A DNA stretch of 15,320 nucleotides from Oligoflexales bacterium (lineage in GTDB: Bacteria > Bdellovibrionota_B > Oligoflexia > Oligoflexales > RGVZ01). The notes below the pieces were generated by a model that was not told the origin of the DNA, made no database searches, and was given only the letters and a program-made list of their open reading frames with translations. A program made the position numbers and the translations under genes. Positions 6,563 through 14,472 of the stretch are shown in pieces (position 1 is the stretch's first letter; each line of letters opens with the position of its first letter). Location: positions 1-15,320 of the forward strand of contig JBIIGV010000069.1 in the NCBI GenBank assembly GCA_044236265.1. The letters run 5' to 3'.

Positions 6563-8584
6563 ATGACAAGTGCACGCCAGCTTTCAGTTGTTGCGAGCGA
6601 ACAAACAGTCGAATCGATTTCGCTCAAAACCATCGACTCCCTGTTTGCCGCCATCCTGCAAGATGAGTTCCTTTCCGAATGGAAGCCAACACTCCACGGC
6701 AAAGACTTACAATGCCTCACGCTGCAAAAGGACGGCTTTACTCAAGTCATCCTTGGACCTGAGTCCTTCATGTCGTTTGATCGCCTGCAATCCCAAGTTG
6801 ACCGTTATAAATTGCCTATGGCAGCGATTATCTGTGCAGGAACTGAAGAGGAGTTACAGAAACTACCCCTCGAAGCCATACAAGCCGGCTCGCTCACATT
6901 GGGCCTACCGACCTCTGTCAGCAGTTTACACGCCTGTATTAAAAGTATTTTGTCATTTCAAAATGCTTTGACCAATGCCAACGCCGAACGCGACGTTCTT
7001 GAAGAAACCACAGAAAACGTCAAGCACGTTATGAGCATCTCCAGAGAGCTGAACGGCGAGCGCGACATCCCTAAGCTGCTGAACCTGATTTTGCTGAAGG
7101 CACGTCAGATTTGTAGAGCCGACGCTGGATCCATTTACACTCTAGATTACGCCAGCGGCAGCTCAAGACTTGAAGATGCCAAACTGCGTTTTCGCTTCAC
7201 ACAAAACTCATCCATCAAACCGGACTTCGCAGAATTCACAATACCAATCGATAACAAATCCATCGTCGGTAACGCTGTCATACACGGTAAACCGATTAAT
7301 ATCCCAGATCTCTACGACCTTTCAGACGACGCTTCTAAAAACCCTTTTGGCGTGAAGCACAATAGATCTTTTGACCAACGTATCGGCTACGAATCACACT
7401 CAATGCTCACACTCCCGATGTTTGACATCAGTCACCGTGTGATTGGGGTCATTCAGTTGATTAACCGTAAACGCGACTGGAAAACAGATCTTCGAGCGCC
7501 CCAAGACTTCAAAGATCACGTCATCCCATTTCTAGAGCGCGATGAAGAGTACGCCGAAATCGTTGCCCAACAGGCCGGTATAGCTCTTGAAAATGCTGAA
7601 ATGCACAACGAGATCCGTCGTCTGTTTGACGGCTTTGTAAATGCATCAGTCACGGCTATTGAGCAGCGTGATCCAACGACCTCTGGTCATTCACACCGCG
7701 TAGCCAAATTGACGACTGGCCTTGCCAAAGCTGTTGACCGCAGCGACGATCCGCATTTCAAAAACGTCAAGTTTTCCGAGGATCAGATTCAGGAAATCGA
7801 ATACGCGTCATTGCTGCACGACTTTGGGAAACTGGGCGTTCGTGAGAATGTCCTGGTCAAGGCGAAAAAGCTTTATCCGTGGCAGTTTGAAGCACTCATG
7901 GAGAGGTTTGAACTGATTCGGGCCTCGATTGAAATCGGCTTCATGCGCGCTCAGATCAATTTCATGAATAATCCAGCTGCTTTTCCTATGGATTTTTCTG
8001 TCGACAACCTGGCAGAACTGAGAAGTCGAAAACTCGCAGAACTCGACGATTATCTTTCGTTCATTATGAAAGCTAACGAACCAACAGTCCTTGAACAAGG
8101 CGGTTTTGAGCGGCTAAATGAAATCGCAAAAATGACCTATGAAGATTTACATGGACGCAAGAAAAGCTATCTTTCCACAGAAGAACTAAAAGCTCTCAGC
8201 GTATCGAGGGGATCACTCACCGCAGAGGAATTTGCGGAAATCCAGAGTCACGTTGTTCACACCTACGAGTTTCTGAGGAAAATTCCTTGGGGACACAGAC
8301 TGTCGAATGTCCCCGAGATCGCCGCAAAGCATCACGAGAAGCTCGACGGAACGGGCTATCCCAATCAAGCTTTAGCCTCACAAATCCCAATTCAGTCGCG
8401 CATGATGGCCATCGCTGACATTTACGACGCCCTGACTGCAGCAGACCGTCCTTATAAAAAGGCCGTTAGCGCAGAAAAAGCACTCGACATTATCAACATG
8501 GATGTTCGCGGTGGGAAAATCGATGGTCAGCTCATGGAGTTATTCATAGCTTCCGGTATCTACAAGATCGTATTACCCAAGTAA
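6563..8584 (+). CDS. GAF and HD-GYP domain cyclic-dinucleotide phosphodiesterase
   Basis: GAF domain (ADAGSIY...SIVG...SMLTLPM...VIGVIQLIN) followed by HD-GYP motifs EQRDPTTSGHSHRV, LLHDFGK, HHEKLDGTGYP and IADIYDALT..RPYK. ATG 6563 is preceded by GGGGA. Confidence 0.93.
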   Translation: MTSARQLSVVASEQTVESISLKTIDSLFAAILQDEFLSEWKPTLHGKDLQCLTLQKDGFTQVILGPESFMSFDRLQSQVDRYKLPMAAIICAGTEEELQKLPLEAIQAGSLTLGLPTSVSSLHACIKSILSFQNALTNANAERDVLEETTENVKHVMSISRELNGERDIPKLLNLILLKARQICRADAGSIYTLDYASGSSRLEDAKLRFRFTQNSSIKPDFAEFTIPIDNKSIVGNAVIHGKPINIPDLYDLSDDASKNPFGVKHNRSFDQRIGYESHSMLTLPMFDISHRVIGVIQLINRKRDWKTDLRAPQDFKDHVIPFLERDEEYAEIVAQQAGIALENAEMHNEIRRLFDGFVNASVTAIEQRDPTTSGHSHRVAKLTTGLAKAVDRSDDPHFKNVKFSEDQIQEIEYASLLHDFGKLGVRENVLVKAKKLYPWQFEALMERFELIRASIEIGFMRAQINFMNNPAAFPMDFSVDNLAELRSRKLAELDDYLSFIMKANEPTVLEQGGFERLNEIAKMTYEDLHGRKKSYLSTEELKALSVSRGSLTAEEFAEIQSHVVHTYEFLRKIPWGHRLSNVPEIAAKHHEKLDGTGYPNQALASQIPIQSRMMAIADIYDALTAADRPYKKAVSAEKALDIINMDVRGGKIDGQLMELFIASGIYKIVLPK

Positions 8585-8619
8585 TTTCAATAAGATAATG
8601 ATTTTATTAGACTTTACTT

Positions 8620-8640
8620 GGGCGCAGCTCTGCGCCCTTG
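8620..8640 (+). terminator. GC-rich hairpin downstream of the HD-GYP gene (possible weak terminator)
   Basis: GGGCGCA-GCTC-TGCGCCC, a perfect 7-bp stem 35 nt after the stop. It is followed only by TT, so the U-tract is poor. Confidence 0.35.
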
Positions 8641-8709
8641 AGCTCCTGTGTGTCTCTGCCGAATACGTCATTTTGGCAGGGAAAGTTAACCGGGGGCGTC
8701 TTAATCAAC

Positions 8710-9387
8710 ATGCTTTTACGCTTAATCTATGGACCTCTGATCTTTCTGATAACCATGGCGAGCTACGCCTCGGCCGAACCGGATCCCAGCACTGAAGACT
8801 GGAGCTACTGGACAGAACAGGACGGCGTTCAAGTCTGGCGCCGAGAATACAAAGACAGCGAAGTCATCGCTGTCCGTGGGATTGCAACCCTACCCTACAA
8901 GATCGAAGATGTTTTTAGTGTCATGAGTGACAACTCCCGATCACCAGAATGGGTCCCAATGGTAGAAGAAAAAACCACTGTGCGCCAGCTGGATCGAGAT
9001 TCCCGTATCGAATACGCCCGCGTTAAAATGCCATGGCCGCTCCAAGATCGTTACACTGTGGCGATGGGCTCACTAAAAATACGGGCTAAAAACACTTATT
9101 GGATCAGCTACCAATCTGTGGACGGCGAGTTTATTGACCCTGACCGCATTAGAGCGCGACTTGAATTAAGCACCTTCTATCTTAGACCAGAAGATAATGC
9201 TTCCACCTTTATGGATATCACGCTACTGAGTGACCCCAAGGGATCAGTACCAAAATTTGTGGTAAATACATTTCAGAAAAACTGGCCTGTACAATTTCTG
9301 GCGGGCCTTCGTCGCCAAATTGAGAAAGTGAAGCAGGAAAAAGTCCCGAAACGAGATCCTGAGATCGCTAAGAGTCTTGCTCACTAA
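8710..9387 (+). CDS. START/SRPBCC-domain lipid-binding protein with N-terminal signal peptide
   Basis: W...EQDGVQVWRR, PEWVP, KMPWPLQDRY and DPKGSVPKFVVN match bacterial START proteins. Hydrophobic leader ends in ASYASA. ATG 8710 preferred over the ORF track's TTG 8638. Confidence 0.85.
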   Translation: MLLRLIYGPLIFLITMASYASAEPDPSTEDWSYWTEQDGVQVWRREYKDSEVIAVRGIATLPYKIEDVFSVMSDNSRSPEWVPMVEEKTTVRQLDRDSRIEYARVKMPWPLQDRYTVAMGSLKIRAKNTYWISYQSVDGEFIDPDRIRARLELSTFYLRPEDNASTFMDITLLSDPKGSVPKFVVNTFQKNWPVQFLAGLRRQIEKVKQEKVPKRDPEIAKSLAH

Positions 9388-9417
9388 AGAATTCTTCAAA
9401 AATTTTCAGAGTCATGG

Positions 9418-9446
9418 TTGACGAAATGCTGACTGAGCTTTACGCT
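9418..9446 (+). promoter_or_regulatory. Putative sigma70-type promoter of pyrF
   Basis: TTGACG-N17-TACGCT, ending 33 nt upstream of the TTG start. Confidence 0.55.
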
Positions 9447-9479
9447 CACGATGATCCTTCGAGATAAGCAGGTGGCCAG

Positions 9480-10337
9480 TTGCACACTCTATTGAAAGAC
9501 AAGATTAACGAAAAAGGTCACTCCATTTGTATTGGCTTTGACCCTGACGTCTCAGAACTCCACCCTTTTTTGCGGAAACAATATGAACGACTAGCACCGG
9601 AGTCATTTCTTGAGCGCTGGTACGATGCAGTCGTGTCAAAAATATCCGGCCAAGCGCACTCAATTAAGTTTCAGTCAGCCTTTTTCGAACAGTTTGGCCC
9701 AGTCGGCATGAGCGCGCTCAGGGACGTGATCATGGACGCCAAAAAACGAAATCTATTTGTTATTTTGGACGCTAAACGCGGTGACATCAGTAGCACGATG
9801 TCAGCCTATGGAAAAACAGCCTATGACACCTATCAAGCTGATGCTCTAACGGTGCTTCCTTGGATGGGAGTCGACGCCATCAAGGCGATCACACCATGGC
9901 TGAAAAAGGGACGTGGAGCCTATGTGGTATGGCTTTCCAGCAATCAGGCGGGTCGCGATATTCAGATGGTACCCACACAAAACGGCGAACCAATAGCCCT
10001 GGATGTATTTAAACAGTTTATGCAGTTTGCTGAGTCTGAACGTTTGACACAACAACTGGGATGGGTTTTAGGGGCAACATCGATTCCGTTCTCACTGCTC
10101 GAAAAGCTACCTAATGCTCCACATGCGTACTTGCTACCCGGCATCGGCGCTCAAGGCGCAGCCTTCGACGCCAATACGCGGAAAATATGCGCTGAGCATC
10201 CATCATCTTTATTTCCTGTCTCACGAGCACTTTTAAAACCCGCCACAGATGAAACGATTCATAGCTGGGAAGACTATTCTAAGTCTGTTGAAGTTCGTTG
10301 GCTGAAGCTTTTAGAGCAGTTTCGGCAGCAATCGTAG
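9480..10337 (+). CDS. pyrF: Orotidine-5'-phosphate decarboxylase (subfamily 2 type)
   Basis: CIGFDP, KFQSAFFE, catalytic DAKRGDISST (DxKxxD), VLGAT, LLPGIGAQG and VSR. TTG start with AGGTGG upstream; an in-frame TAA at 9465 rules out a longer start. Confidence 0.93.
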   Translation: MHTLLKDKINEKGHSICIGFDPDVSELHPFLRKQYERLAPESFLERWYDAVVSKISGQAHSIKFQSAFFEQFGPVGMSALRDVIMDAKKRNLFVILDAKRGDISSTMSAYGKTAYDTYQADALTVLPWMGVDAIKAITPWLKKGRGAYVVWLSSNQAGRDIQMVPTQNGEPIALDVFKQFMQFAESERLTQQLGWVLGATSIPFSLLEKLPNAPHAYLLPGIGAQGAAFDANTRKICAEHPSSLFPVSRALLKPATDETIHSWEDYSKSVEVRWLKLLEQFRQQS

Positions 10338-10426
10338 ATCCTGACAAATATCATGGCCAACTCCCCGATAGATCGGCTGATTTAGGCTACCGGCCACCGG
10401 AATTTATGGACTCTGTAAGGGTACAC

Positions 10427-10454
10427 TTGAAAAAGCCAACAGATCTTATATAAG
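10427..10454 (+). promoter_or_regulatory. Possible sigma70-type promoter
   Basis: TTGAAA-N16-TATAAG upstream of the GGGAGG RBS of the 10480 gene. Confidence 0.3.
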
Positions 10455-10479
10455 CCCCACCTCGCCCTGGGAGGGATCG

Positions 10480-11448
10480 ATGAATCGTAAATTTTTTCTT
10501 GTTTTGGCTTACGCGATTGCCTTTGCTGGTTTCACTACCGGTATCGATGCGCGCGCTGCATCCCGAACCGTCACCATCTGGGATGATATTGCAGAAGATA
10601 CCACGCTTCGCGCTGGTCATGTTTATTTGATTGATGGCGAGGTGCACGTCCTGGAGGGTGTTCGTCTGACAGTTGAGGATGGCGTAACAATATTGATTAA
10701 AAACGGAAAGATCCAACGCAGGACACTAAATCGGCGAGCACTGATCTTAGATCAGGGTTCTCAGCTTGATGCCAAACGTTTTTCAGTTCGCGCGGCAGGT
10801 GCCGATGGACGGCTTGAAAAACTTGCCGACAATGGCGGCATCTGGTTTCTAGGAACAAACCAGGACGCAGAAAGTGACGGCGTGACGGTCACAGTAAACC
10901 GGAACAGCACGCCGTCCCGGTTCGTTGCAACTGAAATCCATGTGACAGATTTGGGTTCCGGCGACCCTACCCCATCGCCGCGTCGGCTGAATCCGCATGG
11001 CGAAGATATTGATGGACTCTCCGTGCTCGGGGTTGCGCGCACTGAGTGGAAAATAAATTCCATCAACTCGGAATACCTTGCTGATGATGGATTTAATATC
11101 ACTAATTCAGAGATCGAATTAGAAAGCATCTCCGTCTTGTCTCCGTTTGAAGACGGACTCAATGTAAGCAGCAGCCGCGTGAGGATTCAACGCTGTTTAC
11201 TCATAGATATGACAGCAAACACCACAATCCCCGACCGCGACATATTTGACCTGGAAGTCGACGATGGCCCTTCCTACGTGACTTTAGCACAAGGAGCCCG
11301 CGTAAAACTTGACGGAGTCCTTGGCGATGAAATCATGATCAGATCCGCTGATTTTCCGCTCGAAAACCGAGCTGGACCGGAACACTTTCATTTTGATGGT
11401 CGCCTTCGCAAAGGCCCTGCATCCATCTATTCACGCGACCAAGACTAA
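10480..11448 (+). CDS. Hypothetical exported protein, probable right-handed beta-helix fold
   Basis: ATG with GGGAGG RBS and a Sec-type signal peptide (MNRKFFLVLAYAIAFAG...DARA). Short beta-strand repeats with acidic turns (IDGLSV, DDGFNI, EDGLNV, RDIFDL). The fold is inferred from the pattern. Confidence 0.75.
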   Translation: MNRKFFLVLAYAIAFAGFTTGIDARAASRTVTIWDDIAEDTTLRAGHVYLIDGEVHVLEGVRLTVEDGVTILIKNGKIQRRTLNRRALILDQGSQLDAKRFSVRAAGADGRLEKLADNGGIWFLGTNQDAESDGVTVTVNRNSTPSRFVATEIHVTDLGSGDPTPSPRRLNPHGEDIDGLSVLGVARTEWKINSINSEYLADDGFNITNSEIELESISVLSPFEDGLNVSSSRVRIQRCLLIDMTANTTIPDRDIFDLEVDDGPSYVTLAQGARVKLDGVLGDEIMIRSADFPLENRAGPEHFHFDGRLRKGPASIYSRDQD

Positions 11449-11652
11449 CTTTAAATTGGTGACACATAACTGAATTGTAATTGATGAATGAATGATCAAT
11501 TGCCCGCGTGTTTTAAATCGCTGATCAAGAAAGATTCTATTCATAAAGAATTTGTTAAATCTAATCTATTTGATCAAATCGATCATGATCCATATTTTTT
11601 AAAATTTAAAAAACACCTAGCATCTCGAACACATTTTTAATTGGAGGTGCTC

Positions 11653-12636
11653 GTGTTGCGGTTCATATCAGGTTCGATTTTAAGTTTGTTTATATTCAGT
11701 TCATGTGGAGACGACTCATCATCTAGTGGGAGCGGTAGTGGATCTTCTGATGCAACAAGCATCTCGAGCGCAAACTTCGACCCGAAGATGGCGCCTGCGT
11801 TAAATGAAGTCGATGTCGATGACGCCATGGAGCTTGTGCAGGGGTCACGTGTCGTGAATTTCTTCCGAAAGAAGACAGCATCAACTCTAGCGTTAAATCT
11901 CGCCAAAAATCAGATGAGATTACCCGGCGAATTTGAACTAGACGATAGCGTATCGGAATGCATCGATAAAACACGTCCAGATGTGGATGTTATTCGAGCA
12001 TCGGGGAATACGGCGTCACAAATCTACCACGAGGACTGGTCAAAATGCTTTTACGATGCTGCTGCTAATGCAGGTGGAACGACCAGTGTTGAACAATGTG
12101 ACATTTCGATTGCAATCGAACTTACATGCCCGGGAATGGACTATTCTGCAGCAAATGGGAGTTCCGCCAACGATGCTGAGCCAATTTTGAAAGACGGCAT
12201 GCTTGATTGCAAGTTAAAGTCCGGTGACATTGGCTCCGTCACTGCGAAAATTGCTGGACGCTGCGCCGTATCCAGAAGTGTGAACGGTCGCTATGCGCGC
12301 ATGGACCAAAAAATGAACGAGGCAGTACTCGGCAGTGATGGCAAGGCGTGTCTATTTAATACTTTTAACAACGTGAATGTCTTTGGAGACTGTATCGAGG
12401 GATCCGCCCGCATCAGCACACAGACGATTGATGGTAAAACGACAAATAGCCATTATGTGAGTCGCGTAAAACTATCCGGCGCGATGCAAGGACGTACGTT
12501 ATCTGGCATCCTTTCTGGAGCAAATCTGCCCCTAGAGGTAAATGACTGGTCAGGAGACTTGTCGATGAAAAACGACTACGCCAGCTACACTTTAAGACAA
12601 GGAAGCAAAACTAAAACCGGCACCATCAACTTCTAA
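11653..12636 (+). CDS. Hypothetical Cys-rich lipoprotein with Ser/Gly linker
   Basis: GGAGGT at 11643-11648 favours GTG 11653 or TTG 11656 over TTG 11641. Hydrophobic ILSLFIF, then SS-C-GDD, linker SSSSGSGSGSS and 8 further Cys. A terminator follows. Confidence 0.8.
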   Translation: MLRFISGSILSLFIFSSCGDDSSSSGSGSGSSDATSISSANFDPKMAPALNEVDVDDAMELVQGSRVVNFFRKKTASTLALNLAKNQMRLPGEFELDDSVSECIDKTRPDVDVIRASGNTASQIYHEDWSKCFYDAAANAGGTTSVEQCDISIAIELTCPGMDYSAANGSSANDAEPILKDGMLDCKLKSGDIGSVTAKIAGRCAVSRSVNGRYARMDQKMNEAVLGSDGKACLFNTFNNVNVFGDCIEGSARISTQTIDGKTTNSHYVSRVKLSGAMQGRTLSGILSGANLPLEVNDWSGDLSMKNDYASYTLRQGSKTKTGTINF

Positions 12637-12672
12637 TAAAATTAGGGCCACCGCTAAGGTGGCCCTAATTGT
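12636..12672. terminator. Probable bidirectional rho-independent terminator between convergent genes
   Basis: Perfect 13-bp inverted repeat AATTAGGGCCACC (12640-12652), loop GCTAA, GGTGGCCCTAATT (12658-12670), between the lipoprotein stop (12636) and the ggt stop (12694). The T-rich tail is better on the minus strand. Confidence 0.85.
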
Positions 12673-12693
12673 GAATCAGTTATGTGCCTCCAA

Positions 12694-14472
12694 TTATGGG
12701 GCGACGGGTTTGCCATCGCTGCGGATGTCGCTAACGCCGTGGATCATACCGCTGCTGTCACGAGAAATCGCCTGCACATCGCCCACAGTTTCTATTGGAG
12801 TCAGTAGGTGTCCTATGGCCGTCAGGCGCTTTTTTGTGTCGTCATCAAGTGCATTGTTTTCATATCGCAACGTATCCGGCATCCACTGGTGATGAATTCT
12901 GGTTGCATGGACAGCGTCTAGAAGCGACATTTTGAAATCAATCACGTTGGTGATGGTTTGCAAAACCGCATTGATTATACGCGGACCGCCTGGCGAACCA
13001 GCAACAAGTTCTACCTGACCTTTTTTATCCAAAATCATGGTTGGACTCATACTTGAAAGCGGTGTTTTTCCAGGCGCAATATCGTTTTTGGGGCCCGTCA
13101 CTAGCCCAAAAGCATTACTGCCCCCCGGCTTTGTCGTAAAATCATCCATCTCATCATTAAGAACAACGCCGGTACCCTCTGCAACAACACAACTCCCAAA
13201 TGAGTAGTTCACAGTTTGAGTTGTAGCCACAGCATTTCCCCATTGATCCATCACGCTGATGTGACTTGTTGAGGGCGACTCACCTGTCGGAGCTGAAAGA
13301 CCCATAGTCGATGACGGCGTCACCTTTTGCGGGTCAATTGACGCAGCCAAATTCTTTGCATAAGCCTTCGACGTAAGGCGATGAGTTGGAATATCCACAA
13401 AATCTGGATCTCCCATCTCTTTAGCGCGATCTGCAAATGCGCGGCGCATAACCTCCGCTAAATAATGAAGATAGGTTGCTCCACGCGGGTGAAGCTTTGA
13501 AAGGTCTTTTTGCTCAAGCATGTTCAACATTTCAATGATATGAACACCACCTGAGGAAGGCGGCGGCATGGAAATAACACGGTGTCCGCGATAATAACTT
13601 GATACTGGGACCCGTTCGATCATCCGATAAGACCTTAGGTCAGTCGTATCGAGAACTCCGCCTCCCTTTTTTATTTCAGACACAATTTTCTTGGAGGTTT
13701 CGCCCTCATAGAAATCACGATAACCAGTCGCTGCAATCAGTTTTAAAGTCTCTGCCAAATCGGATTGTACAAGTTTCTGCCCCGCCTCAAGCGGCTTTCC
13801 ATCCTTAAAAAAAACCTGTCGGCTACCAGGGTAAAGTCGCAGCCACTGCTCACGCTCCTTTATTTCTTTTGCCAGTGATGGATAAACTGGAAACCCTTTG
13901 CTGGCAACGTCTATGGCAGGTGCGATCACTTCACTCAACTTAAGCTTGCCAAGTTCACGGTGTATCTCGACTAAGCCTTTCACCAACCCAGGAACCGCGA
14001 CTGACAAATGCCCCACGATCGCTGGGTCTTTGACTTGCTGACCGTTAAAGAAAACTGTCTTATAGTCACCCCTATCATTTATAAACATTTTTGCATTGGC
14101 CTTCAGTGGCGCCCGCTCGCGAAAATCAAAGATACGCTGACGCTTCCGCGCTTGGTCGTGGTAAAGCATAAAGCCACCACCGCCTAACCCAGTGCTCTGC
14201 GGGCGAACGACGCTAATCACAAACGATGCTGCAACTGCTGCGTCAATGGCATTTCCACCACGGTTCAGCATGGCGGCGCCGGCAGCTGATGCCAACGGGT
14301 GAGCGGCCACAACCATGCCGCGGTCACTTTCAGCGTGATAGTCGGATGCCGCCCGTCCTTGCTGGGCGGGGCCAAAGGAGCGCGAAAGTGGAGACTGACT
14401 TTCAGTCGTAGTTGTACACGTTGTTACTAGTAGCAAACCACAAAGCTGAATCAGAAATCGAAACCAACTCAT
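12694..14472 (-). CDS. ggt: Gamma-glutamyltransferase, probably exported or lipidated
   Basis: GGNAIDAAVAASF, TGLGGGGF, DFRERAP, PPPSSGG, nucleophile Thr in TSHISVMD, LNDEMDDF, PLSSMSP and GSPGG. Hydrophobic leader ends in LLLVTTC. Confidence 0.96.
   Translation of the reverse strand: MSWFRFLIQLCGLLLVTTCTTTTESQSPLSRSFGPAQQGRAASDYHAESDRGMVVAAHPLASAAGAAMLNRGGNAIDAAVAASFVISVVRPQSTGLGGGGFMLYHDQARKRQRIFDFRERAPLKANAKMFINDRGDYKTVFFNGQQVKDPAIVGHLSVAVPGLVKGLVEIHRELGKLKLSEVIAPAIDVASKGFPVYPSLAKEIKEREQWLRLYPGSRQVFFKDGKPLEAGQKLVQSDLAETLKLIAATGYRDFYEGETSKKIVSEIKKGGGVLDTTDLRSYRMIERVPVSSYYRGHRVISMPPPSSGGVHIIEMLNMLEQKDLSKLHPRGATYLHYLAEVMRRAFADRAKEMGDPDFVDIPTHRLTSKAYAKNLAASIDPQKVTPSSTMGLSAPTGESPSTSHISVMDQWGNAVATTQTVNYSFGSCVVAEGTGVVLNDEMDDFTTKPGGSNAFGLVTGPKNDIAPGKTPLSSMSPTMILDKKGQVELVAGSPGGPRIINAVLQTITNVIDFKMSLLDAVHATRIHHQWMPDTLRYENNALDDDTKKRLTAIGHLLTPIETVGDVQAISRDSSGMIHGVSDIRSDGKPVAP

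Noticed and set aside
11461..11640. Replication origin, suggested by AT richness and the GATC cluster
   Set aside because: No DnaA boxes (TTATCCACA-like) and no dnaA, gidA or rep genes nearby.
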